A stretch of DNA of 64,000 nt from Squalus acanthias (lineage: Eukaryota), in contig CM059425.1 in assembly GCA_030390025.1 (NCBI GenBank), forward strand, positions 174,408,001-174,472,000. Reading direction: 5' to 3'. Position 1 is the stretch's first letter. Every line of letters starts with the position of its first letter. The translations under genes and the position numbers were made by a program. The notes beneath the pieces were generated by a model. The model was not told where the DNA came from. It did no database searches and saw only the letters and a list, made by a program, of their open reading frames with translations. This document shows positions 11,583 through 23,753 of the stretch, piece after piece.

Positions 11583-13535
11583 TGGACCTAATATTTACTC
11601 GGAACCGAGAAGGGAGCAGGGTGGGTAGGGGTGGGTGGGGGAGAAGCATTGCTAGAAGTAAGGGTTTCCCACATGTCCTGCTGAATTTAACGGCAGGATG
11701 CCTTTTACATTTTTGCAATAGGTTTCCTGCCCGACAGCCAGCCAGATTGACAGGCTGGCTACCTGTCAGACAGCAAAGCTGCCGAGGAGCAACATCGCGA
11801 GGTGGGGGGGGGGGTCGAACATGGCGGGGGGGGGGGGCGGGGAATCGGACATCGCTGGGGGGGGGGGGAAAGTCGGACATCGCGGAGGGGGAATGTCGGA
11901 CATCGCGGAGGGGGAATGTCGGACATCGCGGGGGGGTATGTCGGACATCGCGGAGGGGGAATGTCGGACATCGCGGGGGGGTATGTCGGACATCGCGGGG
12001 GGGGAATGTCGGACATCGCGGGGGGGTATGTCGGACATCGCGGGGGGTATGTCGGACATCGCGGGGGAGGTATGTCGGACATCGCGGGGGGGAATGTCGG
12101 ACATCGCGGGGGAGAATGTCGGACATCGCGGGGGGGAATGTCGGACATCGCGGGGGGGAATGTCGGACATCGCGGGGGGGGGGGGGGGGGAGTGTCGGAC
12201 ATCGCGTTGGGGGGGGAGTGTCGGACATCGCGGGGGGGAATGTCGGGCATCGCGGGGGGGAATGTCGGGCATCGCGGGGGGGAATGTCGGGCATCGCGGG
12301 GGGGAATGTCGGGCATCGCGGGGGGGAATGTCGGGCATCGCGGGGGGGAATGTCGGGCATCGCGGGGGGGGAGTCGGGCATCGCGGGGGGGGAGTCGGGC
12401 ATCGCGGGGGGGAGTCGGGCATCGCGGGGGGGGAGTCGGGCATCGCGGGGGGGAATGTCGGCATCGCGGGGGGGGAGTCGGGCATCGCGGGGGGGGGAGT
12501 CGGGCATCGCGGGGGGGAGTCGGGCATCGCGGGGGGGGAGTCGGGCATCGCGGGGGGGGAGTTGGGCATCGCGGGGGGGAGTCGGGCATCGCGGGGGGGA
12601 GTCGGGCATCGCGGGGGGGAGTCGGGCATCGCGGGGGGGAGTCGGGCATCGCGGGGGGGAGTCGGGCATCGCGGGGGGGAGTCGGGCATCGCGGGGGGGA
12701 GTCGGGCATCGCGGGGGGGAGTCGGGCATCGCGGGGGGGAGTCGGGCATCGCGGGGGGGAGTCGGGCATCACGGGGGGGAGTCGGGCATCGCGGGGGGGG
12801 GGAGTCGGGCATCGCGGGGGGGAATCGGACATCGCGGGGGGGGGGAGTCGGGCATCGCGGGGGGGAGGAATCGGACATCGCGGGGGGGGAATCGGACATC
12901 GCGGGGGGGAGGAATCGGACATCGCGGGGGGGGAGGAATCGGACATCGCGGGGGGGGAGGAATCGGACATCGCGGGGGGGGAGGAATCGGACATCGCGGG
13001 GGGGGAGGAATCGGACATCGCGGGGGGGGGAGGAATCGGACATCGCGGGGGGGGAGGAATCGGACATCGCGGGGGGGGAAATCGGACATCGCGGGGGGGG
13101 AAATCGGACATCGCGGGGGGAGGAATCGGACATCGCGAGGGTGGGGCGAATCTGACTTCTCGGGGGATGGTGGGGGGTGTTGGGGGAAGCTTGTTGAGCC
13201 TGAGGAAAACACTTCTGCTCCTCCTTGCCCACAAGCAGTGCAATAAAGGCACTTGCCTCACGGATCCTGCCCTTCTCACCTCCTTTCACCTTACGAGATT
13301 CCCGAGGCCCGGCAATCCCTGTCTCCATGTATTATAAATAAAAATTCAGTTGAAATGGAGGCACGCAGTTGCCTAAAAATATTTTAGTGACGAACCCACT
13401 TCCTGAGAGCGGATTGGTCGCCCGTCTCTGTTAAAACCTGAAGTGGGCGGGCTGGAGTTGGGTTTGAGAATTTAAAAATTTTTACCTTCCCACCCACCTC
13501 CAACCTATCCATCCTTGGGGGTTAAAATTTCCCCC
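11583..13535. mobile_element. Non-autonomous element, same family as 8770-9565, carrying an expanded G-rich minisatellite
   Basis: Shared flanking blocks; right end GGGGGTTAAAATTTCCCCC. Confidence 0.65.
11790..13140. repeat. G-rich, CpG-rich minisatellite, 20-24-bp unit TCGG(A/G)CATCGC-G(6-10)-(A/AATG/AGGAA), about 60 copies
   Basis: Directly visible; source of the 410-560 aa Gly/Arg/Pro-rich ORFs in all six frames. Confidence 0.97.
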
Positions 13536-14327
13536 ACTGTGTGAGGTGGACATAGATTAACCCAAGATTGGACAGGGGATGATATCGAGGACTTAATATG
13601 AAATTGGGCCGAGACAGTTCTGTTAAATTTGTCACCTGTCTATTTCTTTAATAAAATGAAAAACAGTTGATGTAATCTTAAAAGACATGGAACAAAAATG
13701 TTTTTTTAATACAAATACTCAAGACTTCAGTGCACTTAACGACAAAAAACCTTAAATATTTAGAATACTTAAAATTCCAACACTTCAACCTTGAGCCTGA
13801 GAATGGAATTTTCAAGATAACACAGTGAAGTATTATTTTATAACACAGCATGTTCGATGAGTGTTGTTGCACTTTGCTGATCTCGAATAAAGGAGAATTT
13901 GGTACAATCAAGGTTTTGCTACAGTGGCTGATCTGAAAACAAAGCTGTTTCTGGGTAATCGTTTGCGGCTCAGTGAAAAATGTAATGGTTCACTGTGCTG
14001 GATTGAAAGGTATGCTCAAGAACTAAAGGCAGTTTTTGTCAGGGTCATTCATTATGACTTTCCATGTAGTAAATTAAGTTCATCAGACATGCTTATTTCT
14101 CAGACAGTAAGCATTCATAAGCTTTAATTAAAGTTTGTTTTTTTCAAAACTCATATGTTATAATTATTTTACTTGGTAAAATTAACCTATCTTTTTTCTT
14201 TAGATGACGAAGGAGCTGCTGTGAACTTCCAGCATTTTCTATTTTTCTTACAATTATTTTACTGTTTCCCCCTCAATTATATACTATGAAATTACTTCAC
14301 TTAATTTTTACATGTACTCTAAGTCGT

Positions 14328-14350
14328 AATATATATATATATATATATAG
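14328..14350. repeat. (TA)n microsatellite
   Basis: Visible atatatat run. Confidence 0.9.
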
Positions 14351-15934
14351 ATAATATATATTATGAATTATAAAATATAATGACCATATTCCCATAACAA
14401 AGTATTTGATATTTCAATATTATACCTTCAGGTCTTTCAGTTTCAGTGAATGCATTAATAACAAAGTTCACTGAAACCTTACCTCAAAATTGATAACCTG
14501 GCAGTGCCTGTAGGGTTTCCAAGTTGATTACTGTCAGCAGACTGATTGATCACCCATACACACTGGCTTCAAGGAGACTGAGGTCTTTATCTACCTTGTG
14601 AGGTTTTATGAACTTCAAGAGAAAATTAATTAAAGTTCATATTGCTGTTTTATCTTCCCAATCAAATAGTTGTCTGAATTATCCGAAGTCAAAGAACAAT
14701 GCAAGAGAGTCAGTGGCCCAGGCACTGTACGATAAATCAGCACTTTGAATTAACATTTCTGGCCGACAGAAGAAGCTCTTCTCATTTTAAACTTTTGCTG
14801 CTTGCTAACAATGGTAATTTTTTCCTCATCTACTTGTATATTGATTAGCATTACCTTTTTTGAGCACCCGACCTTCTGAGTTAATAGTGAAGACATTTTT
14901 CCCAATTAATAAATTCTAGGATTTAAATGTGAACTCCTGTAGCACAGCTGTGCTGTGTATACCCCTAGGTGCCATAATAATAGGAAGTAGCTTTGGAATC
15001 CTGGGAATAAAATAATGTTGGAAAAATAGACAATTTTCTTAATACATGACGAAAGCAAGAAGGCATATCCTTTATGCCTTATATTCAATGCCCCTGAAGC
15101 TTCCAAACCATCATCTTATACACTCAATATGCCCCCAAATACCTTTCCTCCCCATTTACCAATCTGCTTCCAAATCCCTTATTCCAGCCACCTAATATGC
15201 TTCCAATACGCCCTCTTAGCCCAATAATGTGATTCTACATTACCCGCACTGGCCAACCAATGTTTCCACGAGTCGCCCTACCTAGCTTTTTGATGTAGTC
15301 TACTCGACCTTTTCTCTCACTTAGGGAGTCACATTTAAAGAATGTTTTGAAAGACCGGCTCAGTCACAATGGGTAAGAGGGAAGGCTCAGAAGCAAATCA
15401 GGCAAGAGAACATCTGTCTCCAGTTTGGCAAGTGTCTTAACCATTACTATTTATGTGGCTAGGTATGCAGGCACCTGCTAATGTTGAAGCACGAGTTCTA
15501 ATTCTCATAAATTTGATGGAAGATGATGATTTCATCTGAATTTTAGCAATTCCTACTGACAATATGAATTAAGGGAAACTTAGTGGCTTACCATCACAGC
15601 AATGTCAATGACCTGTCTACTAGGACTCCGGATCATCATGTTAGCTAAATAATAGACTTGTGCAATTCCTACTGTTCATGGCATAAGAATGTATCCATCT
15701 CCTAAGGAAGGATGCAACAATCCAACAATAATTCTCACAACAGATCAATTTGACATTGTAGCCCGATCTGAAAGATATATGGCTCCCATGGATTGTGACA
15801 AGCATTAAAACAGTTCAGTGCAGCAAACACGAGTCGTGATCGCCCCCTTCTCTCACACTACTAAAGCAAACTGCTTCCCATTCTCAGATCTTGGGAAGAT
15901 GCCTGAATTCTTGGACAAAGCTATTCATATCATA

Positions 15935-18585
15935 GTCATACTCGTATCATAAGATTTAGATTAGCAATGGAGAGGAGCAAGAAACAATCTAGAGTGGAAC
16001 TTCTAAACTGGAATAGGGCTAACTTCAATGGGATGCGAAAGGATCTAGCCAGGGTAAAATGGAACCAAAGACTGACAGGAAAAACTGTAACGGAACAATG
16101 GGTTATCTTTAAGGTACATTCCAACAAGAGGGAAGGGTAAGGGAACCAAAGGAAGGGCTCCTTGGATGACGAGGGAGATTGAGAAGATGATGAGACAAAA
16201 AAAGAGGGTGTATGATGCATGTCAGGTGAATTCTTCAAGGGAGAACCAGACCAAATTCAATAAGTTGAGAGGGGATGTGAAGATGAAAATATGATTGGCA
16301 AAGAGAGAATATGAGAGTAGAATGGCGGTTAACATAAAAGGGAACCCAAAAATCTTCTACCGGCATGTAAACAGTAAGCGGGTAGTAAGAGGCAGGGTGG
16401 GGCCTATTAGGGACAAAGAAGGTGATATATGCTTAGAGGCGCAGGGCAAGGCTAGAATACTCAATGAGTACTTTGTATCGGTGTTTACTAAGGAGGTGGA
16501 TGCTGACAAAATATCGGTAGAAGTGGAAAAGGTAGAAGCAATGGAAGGGGTGAAAACTGATAGGCAGGATGTACTAGAAAGACTGGGTATGCTTGAAGTG
16601 GATAAGTCGCCTGGTCCAGATGGCTTGCATCCCAGGTTGCTAAGGGAATTGGGGGAGGAGGTAGCAGAAGGGCTTGCAATAATTTTCCGATCTTCCCTAG
16701 ATGCGGGGGAGGTGCCTGAGGATTGGAAAATGGCAAATGTGACGCCATTGTTCAAGGAAAGGTGTAAGGACAATCCTAGTAACTACAGGCCGGTCAGTTT
16801 AACATCAGTGGTGGGTAAAGTTTTAGAAACAATAATCAAGGAAAAAATTAACGGGCACTTGGAGAGGTTTAAGCTAATTAAGGAGAGCCAACACTGATTT
16901 GTAAAAGGCAGATCGTGTTTGACTAATCTAATTGAATTTTTTGATGAACAGGGAGGATTGATGAAGGGAATGCAATGGATGTTGTCTACATGGATTTTAG
17001 GAAGGCGTTTGACAAAGTACCACATAGAAGGCTGGTTGACAAAATTGAGGCTCATGGAATAGGTGGGTCAGTGGCAGCTTGGATAAGGAATTGGCTTAAG
17101 GACAGAAAACAGCGAGTTGTGGTAAATGGCTGTTTTTCAGGCTGGAGGATGGTAGACAGTGGTGTGCCCCAAGGGTCAGTGCTGGGGCCACTGCTTTTTT
17201 TGATATATAAATGACCTGGATATTGGAATACAGAGTAGAATTTCTAAATTTTGCGATGACACCAAACTTGAGGGTGTGGCAAACAGTGAGGATGATACCA
17301 ATCGACTGCAACAGGACAGAGAAAGGCTAGCAGAATGGGCAGACAAGTGGCAGATGAATTTAATACAGAGAAGTGTGAGGTGATGCATTTTGGCAGAAGG
17401 AACAGGGAGAGGCAATATACACTTAATGGCACAGTTTTAAAGAGTGTGCAGGGACAGAGGACCTGGGAGTTAATGTGCATAGGTCCCTGAAGGTGGCAGG
17501 ACATATTGAGAGAGTGGTTAGCAAAGCATATGGGATCTTGGGCTTCATAAATAGAGGTACAGGAAACTTTCGTTTATCCGGCATCGACGGGACCGGCGTG
17601 GTGCCGGTTTATCGAAAGTACCGGATAACGGAGAGTTATATCTACCGAGGCTATTTTTAACAAAGAGACTCCAGGCAGCGCGGGAGAATCAACTCCTGCT
17701 ACTGCAGTGTTTCGGACTTCCGACAGCGCCAGGAGGCCGAGTAGTGGCACTTTTGAAAAGTACCCCTACTGACTAAATCGGCGTTCAGCGGACTCGGACT
17801 CGGGATCGGCAACATTGCCGGTTATTTGAGAGGAGTTTTCGGAGCACTCGGCGTTCGCGGAGACTCGACTGCGACTCGGCAACATTGCCGGTTATTTGAG
17901 GAGTTTTCGGAGGATGATTTTTGCCGGTTAAGCGAGAATTCCGGATATTTGGGTGCCGGATAAACGAAAGTTTCCTGTATTGAGTACAAAAGTAGAGAAG
18001 TTATGCTGAACCTTTATAAAGCACTGGTTAGGCCACAACTGGAGTATTGCGTCCAGTTCTGGTCACCATACTTAGGAAGGATGTGAAGGCACTTGAGAGG
18101 GTGCAGAGGAGATTTACCAGAATGGTTCCGGGGATGGGGGATCTTAGCTACAAGGACAGGTTGGAGAAGCTGGATTTGTTTTCATTAGAGCAAAGAAGGT
18201 TGAGGGGTGATTTGATAGAGGTGTACAAGATTATTATGGGTTTGGATAGGCTAGACAGGAAAAGGCTGTTCCCACTAGTTGATGGTACAAGGACTAGGGG
18301 ACACAGATTTAAAGTTTTGGGCAAGAGATACAGGGGGGATGTGAGGAAAAACGTTTTTACGCAGCGAGTGGTGTGGACCTGGAACTCGCTGCCGACGGAA
18401 GTGGTGGAAGCGGAGACACTCAATGTTTTCAAGGGGAGACTGGATAGGCACTTGAGGGAAATAAACTTGCAGGGCTACGGGGATAGAGCGGGGGAATGGG
18501 ACTGACTAGATTGCTCTACAGAGAGCCGGCACGGGCTCGATGGGCCGAATGGCCTCCTTCTGTGCCGTTATGACTCCATGACTCA
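15935..18585 (+). mobile_element. CR1 LINE (end of EN through RT to 3' UTR), different subfamily, interrupted by a Tc1/pogo MITE
   Basis: KSPGPDGLHPR, NYRPVSLTS, YMDFRKAFDKVPH, GVPQGSVLGP; gactccat tail repeats. Confidence 0.95.
17560..17977. mobile_element. Tc1/mariner-pogo (Tigger-like) MITE, 418 bp
   Basis: Perfect 24-bp TIR CAGGAAACTTTCGTTTATCCGGCA; TA TSD on both sides; host CR1 reads aatagagg-TA-ttgagtac once the MITE is removed. Confidence 0.92.
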
Positions 18586-19304
18586 TATATTGAAAGTGTT
18601 GGTGATAGAAATACCCCTCCCCTACATTACACACTTACACTTCTTACAAGAGAGAATACCACCTCAATTGGTTGTAACCCACATTTGGATAACTATTAGC
18701 ATTGACATCAATGGTTCCAGTCGGTACCTCCTTCAACATGAATAGCTGAGATTTGTCCAACTCTTCACTTCTATGTAAAATGTATGAACAGTTATTGTAC
18801 TATTAAATTCAAGTTATCAACTACTTCCTATATACATTGGTGGATCTATACAGCCAGTTATGAAAGTAGTTCTAAAAATGAAGACTGTACTCCCTTCCCA
18901 CTTGATTTATGAGATGATGTATAACAAAATACCTGTAACTTAAAACATGAAAAATCCTTAAAAACATATCATGCAACAGGGATTTCACAACATTCAGCCA
19001 ACAGTCATTTGGACAGCATACTGCTGCATTCCTTTTGTAAACCACCCCATCGGCTGACAAGGCAGACTTTTCAGTTGTATATAATCAATCCATCAGAAGT
19101 ATCTGTGTAGACATTTCTGGTTGTCAATACTGGTGACTCTTTGGTTCAGTAGTACACTTTGGCCTAGAAATTGTTCCGTTTTTGTGGCTTGCTACTAAGG
19201 GTTGGTGTTAATTTGCCTGCATATTCATCTCTTTATTACTAGGGAGGCTCAAATTTTCAAATTTCAATTATAAATTACTAAAACACAGAAGTTATAGTAT
19301 GCTC

Positions 19305-20315
19305 TGAAGTCCCCCAAAGATCTATCCTTGGCCCCCTCCTATTTCTCATCTACATGCTGTCCCTCGGTGACATCATCCGAAAATACGTCAAGTTCCACAT
19401 GTACGCGGACAACACCCAGATCTACCTCACCACTCCCTCCCTCACCCCTCCACGGCCTCTGATTCGTCACGCTGCTTGGCTGACATCTAGCTTTGGATGA
19501 ACAGAAATCTCCTCCAATTAAAAATAGTGGGAAGACCGAAGCCATTGTCTTCGATCCTCGCCACAAACTCCCTTCCTTAGCCACCAACTCCATCCCTCTC
19601 CCTGACCACGGTCTGAGGCTGAACCATACTTTTCGCAACCTATGCCTCCTAAGTGACCCTGAGCTGTGTTTCCGACCCCATATCCTCTCCATCACCAAGA
19701 CCACCTACTTCCACCCCCGTAACACTGCCCGTCTCTGTCCCTGTTACCTCTAGACTATTCCAATGCTTATCTGGCCGGCCTCCCACCTTCCATCTTCGTA
19801 AACTTGAGCTCATCCAAAACTCTATTCCTCGTATCCTAACTCTTACCAAGTCCCATTCACCCATCACCCCTGTGCTCGCTGACCTACATTGGCTCCCAGT
19901 CCTGCAACGCCTCGATTTTAAATTCTCATAGTTTCTCAAGTTTTCAAATCCCACCATGACCTCGCCCCTCCCTAGCTCTGCAACCTCCCCCAGCCCTAAA
20001 ACCCTCTAGTCACTACGCTTCTCCAATTCTGGCCTCTTGTGCATCCACGATTTTCATCGCTCCACCATTTGCAGTCATGCCTTCAGCTGCCTAGGGCCTA
20101 ACCTCTGGAATTCTCTCCCTAAACCTCTCTACCTCTCTCTCCCCCTTTAAGCTGCTCTGTAAAACCTACCTCTTTGACCAAACTTTTGGTCACCTGTCCT
20201 AATATCTCCTTGTGTGGCTCGGTGTCAAAATTTGTTTTGAGAATCGCTCCTGTGAAGTGCCTAGGGATGTTTTACCACGTTAAAGGCACTATATAAATGC
20301 AAGTTGTTATTGTTG
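19305..20315 (+). mobile_element. L2 LINE 3' fragment
   Basis: [36 protein letters not shown]; tail gcactatataaatgcaagttgttattgttg. Confidence 0.9.
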
Positions 20316-21257
20316 TAGTGAGTTAATTCAGTCACTAAAAACTACAACCACAAGTTGAATATTGTCAATTTGATGCTAATGTTGTAGAGATAAAAATGCG
20401 GGGAAGCTGAAATTAAAAAAAAAAAGTGAAAATGCACAGCAAGTCAGTCAGCATATTAAAGAGAAAGATAGGTTAATGTGTTTGGGCAAGGCCCTTCATC
20501 AGGACAATTCTGATATACGGTCCTATTTGAAGCTTTATCCTGTTCAGATTCCAACTGATGTACTGCATGTTTCCAAAATTTCATACTTTTGCTCATGGAG
20601 ATAGTCTGATAGTCTCATTGAAAAATATTAGATGAATCAGCAGGAAATTGTAGAGAAGCAAGTAGTTCCACTGGAATAGCACCTGGCCAGCAACTATGCC
20701 AATAGAAACACCTGCACAACTTAATGAGAAGCTGCATTCTGAAAGATTGTAGATCTACAGGCATTTTGACCAGGAATTTTAATCCCACCATTACCAGTTG
20801 GATCACAGCACATGTTAATAAGTGACAAACTGCTATAAATCATCAGGTAGCTAAGGTATGTCTGAGGTATGTCTGAAAGAAGCTTTTGCACTTAAGTTGA
20901 TGTGAAACAGAAGTGTCAGGATGCTAAATTCATAACTAATGGTGAAATTAAAAGATTAAAAGCATTTAATAAACCAGAGTTAACGACATTAATGCTATTA
21001 AACAAAGAGAAAACCCTCTTACAGAACCAAAATAGCAGCTGTACCATATGATTGAACATCCAAAAGATAAGTACTGATCTAATGGTTCACTATTGCTCCA
21101 TAATATGCTCTAAGCAATACTAGATAGAATAAGTAGTTTTGTGAGTTTATTCTTCAGTAGAGTCTCACTTGGATGAAAAGTTGTGAAGACTAGTTATAAA
21201 TAAGTTAAGACAAGAATGAAAAATATCAAGTATTTGAAAAGAACAGCTAGCAGTTAC

Positions 21258-21348
21258 ATAAAAACAGAAAATGCTGGAAATACTCAGCAGGTCAGGCAGC
21301 ATCTGTGGAGAGAGAAACAGAGCTAACGTTTCAGGTCGATTACCTTTA
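21258..21348 (-). mobile_element. Solo truncated Penelope-like terminal repeat
   Basis: Matches 21736-21822; breaks off inside the hammerhead (stem II and GAAACGTT remain, CTGACGA is missing). Confidence 0.85.
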
Positions 21349-21735
21349 GTCTATTCTCAATTTCTAGAATCAAGGGAACAAAATATCTGGAGCGAAAGAC
21401 ATAGGCTCCTAAAATCTGCAGCCCTGCTTTCAATACTATAGAAACAATTTTGTAATATTCTAACATTAAATCCCCTATCCATTAATTCACAAAACCTGAA
21501 ATCAGAAATTGAATAAATTGGTGGCTACAAATGAAGGTTGAATTTTGGCTTGAGTCGTTACAAATTCTCTAAGCTTGCAATGTATATTGTAGCAAAGAGA
21601 TGACTAACCCAATTTATTTTTGCCAATTCAGCTTCCAGTGGCCACTATAAAGAAGGTATTACTGGTTTGGCAGGCAGTAGTCTAATCACCTTACACCTCA
21701 ATACCAAGCACAAAAGCCAAGGACCCAAACTAATT

Positions 21736-23753
21736 AAAACAGAAAATGCTGGAGATACTCAGCAGGTCAGGCAGCATCTGTGAAGAGAGGAACAGAGTTA
21801 ACGTTTCAGGTCGATGACCTTTCGTCAGAACTGGAAAAAAGCAGGAAATGGAACAGATTTTTAAGCAAGTGCAGGGGCTGAGAAAGGGGGGAGGGGATGA
21901 AAGAACAAAAGGGAAGGTCTGTGATAGGATAGAAGGCAGGAGAGATTAAGAGACATTAAGAGATATTCAAAGCAAAAGGAGATGGTAATGGGACAGGTTC
22001 AGAAACAAAGGATGGCTCTAGATGAAGTGTGAATTGCGCTGGCAGAATGAAAGACAGCTGCCATGTGGGAGAGAAGAAAAAAAGACACAGACAAAAAGTG
22101 TGGATGAAAAATATATATATAACACGGGCCGAGGTTATGATCTGAAATTGTTGAACTCTATGTTGAGTCCAGAAGGCTGTCGAGTGCCTAATCAAAAGAT
22201 GAGTTGCTGTTCCTCGAGCTTCCGCTGAGCTTCAGTGGAACAATGCAAGAGGCCGAGGACGGTGAGGTCTGAGTGGGAGTGGAGCAGAGAATTAAAGTGA
22301 CAGGCGACCGGAAGCTCGGGGTCACCCTTACGGACTGAACGGAGGTGTTCCGCAAAGTGGTCACCCAATCTGCGTTTGGTCTCCCCAATGTAGAGGAGAC
22401 CGCATCATGAGCAGCCAATACAGTATACTAAATTGCAAGACGTACAAGTAAATCGCTGTTTCACCTGGAAGGGGTGTTTGGGGCCCTGGACAGTGGGAAG
22501 GGGGAGGTATAAGGGCATGTGTTGCATCTCCTGCGCTTGCACGGGAAGGTGCCGGGCGAAGGGGAAGGGGTGTTGGGGGTGATAGAGGAGTGGACCAGGG
22601 TGTCGCGGAGGGAGCGGTCCCTTCGGAATGCTGAAAGGGGAGGTGAGGGGAAGATGTGTTTGGTGGTGGGATCACGCTGGAGGTGGCGGAAAATGATCCG
22701 TTGAATGTGGAGGCTGGTGGGGTGAAAGGTGAGGACAAGGGGAACTCTATCGTGGTTCCAGGAGGGAGGGGCAGGGGTGAGGGCAGAAGTGCGGGAGATA
22801 GAACGGAGATGGTCAAGGGCCGTGTCAACCACAGTAGAGGGGAATCCTCGGTTGAGGAAAAAGGAAGACATGTCGGAAGCACTGGTATGGAAGGTGGCAT
22901 CGTCAGAGCAGATGCGGCGGAGACAGAGAAACTGGGAGAATGGAATAGAGTCCTTACAGGAAGCGGGGTGGGAGGAAGTGTATCTAGTTCAGGGCGAGAG
23001 CAGGAAACGGCACCGATACAGTCATCAATGTACCGGAAAAAGAGGTGAGGGAGGGGGCCTGAGTAGGACTGGAACAAAGAGTGTTCCACATATCCCACGA
23101 AAAGGCAGGCATAGCTAGGGCCCATGCGGGTTCCCATAGCAACACCTTTGATTTGGAGGAAGTGAGTGGAGTCAAAGGAGAAGTTGTTCAATGTGAGAAC
23201 AAGTTCAGCCAGGCGGAGGAGGGTGGTGGTGGATGGGGACTGGTCGGGCCTCTGTTCAAGGAAGAAACGGAGCACCCTCAGGCCATCCTGGTGGGGGATG
23301 GAGGTGTAGAAGGATTGTACGTCCATAGTGAAAAGGAGGCGGTTGGGGCCAGGAAACTGGAAACTGTTAAAGTGGCGGAGGGCGTCGGAAGAGCCGCGGA
23401 TGTAGGTGGGAAGAAACTGGACAAGGGGAGAAAAAAGAGTCGAGATAGGTAGAGATAAGTTCCGTGGGGCAAGAACAGGCTGAAACGATGGGTCTACCAG
23501 GGCAGTCCTGTTTGTGGATCTTGGGAAGGAGGTAGAAGCGGGCTGTGCGGGGTTGGGGAACTATGAGGTTGGCGGCCTTGGGGAAAAGATCTCCAGAGGA
23601 GATGAGGTCAGTGACAGTCTTGGAAACGGTGGCTTGATGTTCGGTAGTGGGGTCATGGTCCAGGCGGAGATAGGAGGAGGTGTCGGAGAGTTGCCGTTCA
23701 GCTTCCGCGAGGTAGAGGTCGGTTCGCCAAACAACAACAGCACCACCCTAATT
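21736..23753 (-). mobile_element. Penelope-like retroelement (Neptune-type), 5'-truncated, RT + GIY-YIG endonuclease
   Basis: MDVQSFYTSIPH, GVAMGTRMGPSYA, RYIDD; Cys linker CKRRRCNTC; VYCIGCS*CGLLYIGETKRRLGDHFAEH...GLNIEFNNFRS* (stop 22135-22137); 14-bp direct repeat GACCCAAACTAATT at 21722-21735 and 23754-23767. Confidence 0.93.
21796..21832 (-). ncRNA. Minimal type I hammerhead ribozyme in the Penelope terminal repeat
   Basis: Minus strand reads AGTT-CTGACGA-A-AGGTC-ATC-GACCT-GAAAC-GTT-AACT: complete core, 5-bp stem II, 4-bp stem I, palindromic ACGT in place of stem III, GUU cleavage triplet. Confidence 0.85.

Noticed and set aside
11494..13337. Six 410-560 aa Gly/Arg/Pro-rich ORFs
   Set aside because: Open in all six frames because the G-rich repeat lacks stop codons; no domain or splice context.
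14855..14896. Possible alternative first exon MSSLLTQKVGCSKK ending in AAG|gtaatg, in phase with the 8561-8652 exon
   Set aside because: Expected by chance in a 30-kb intron; no recognisable homology or promoter evidence; would need RNA-seq.
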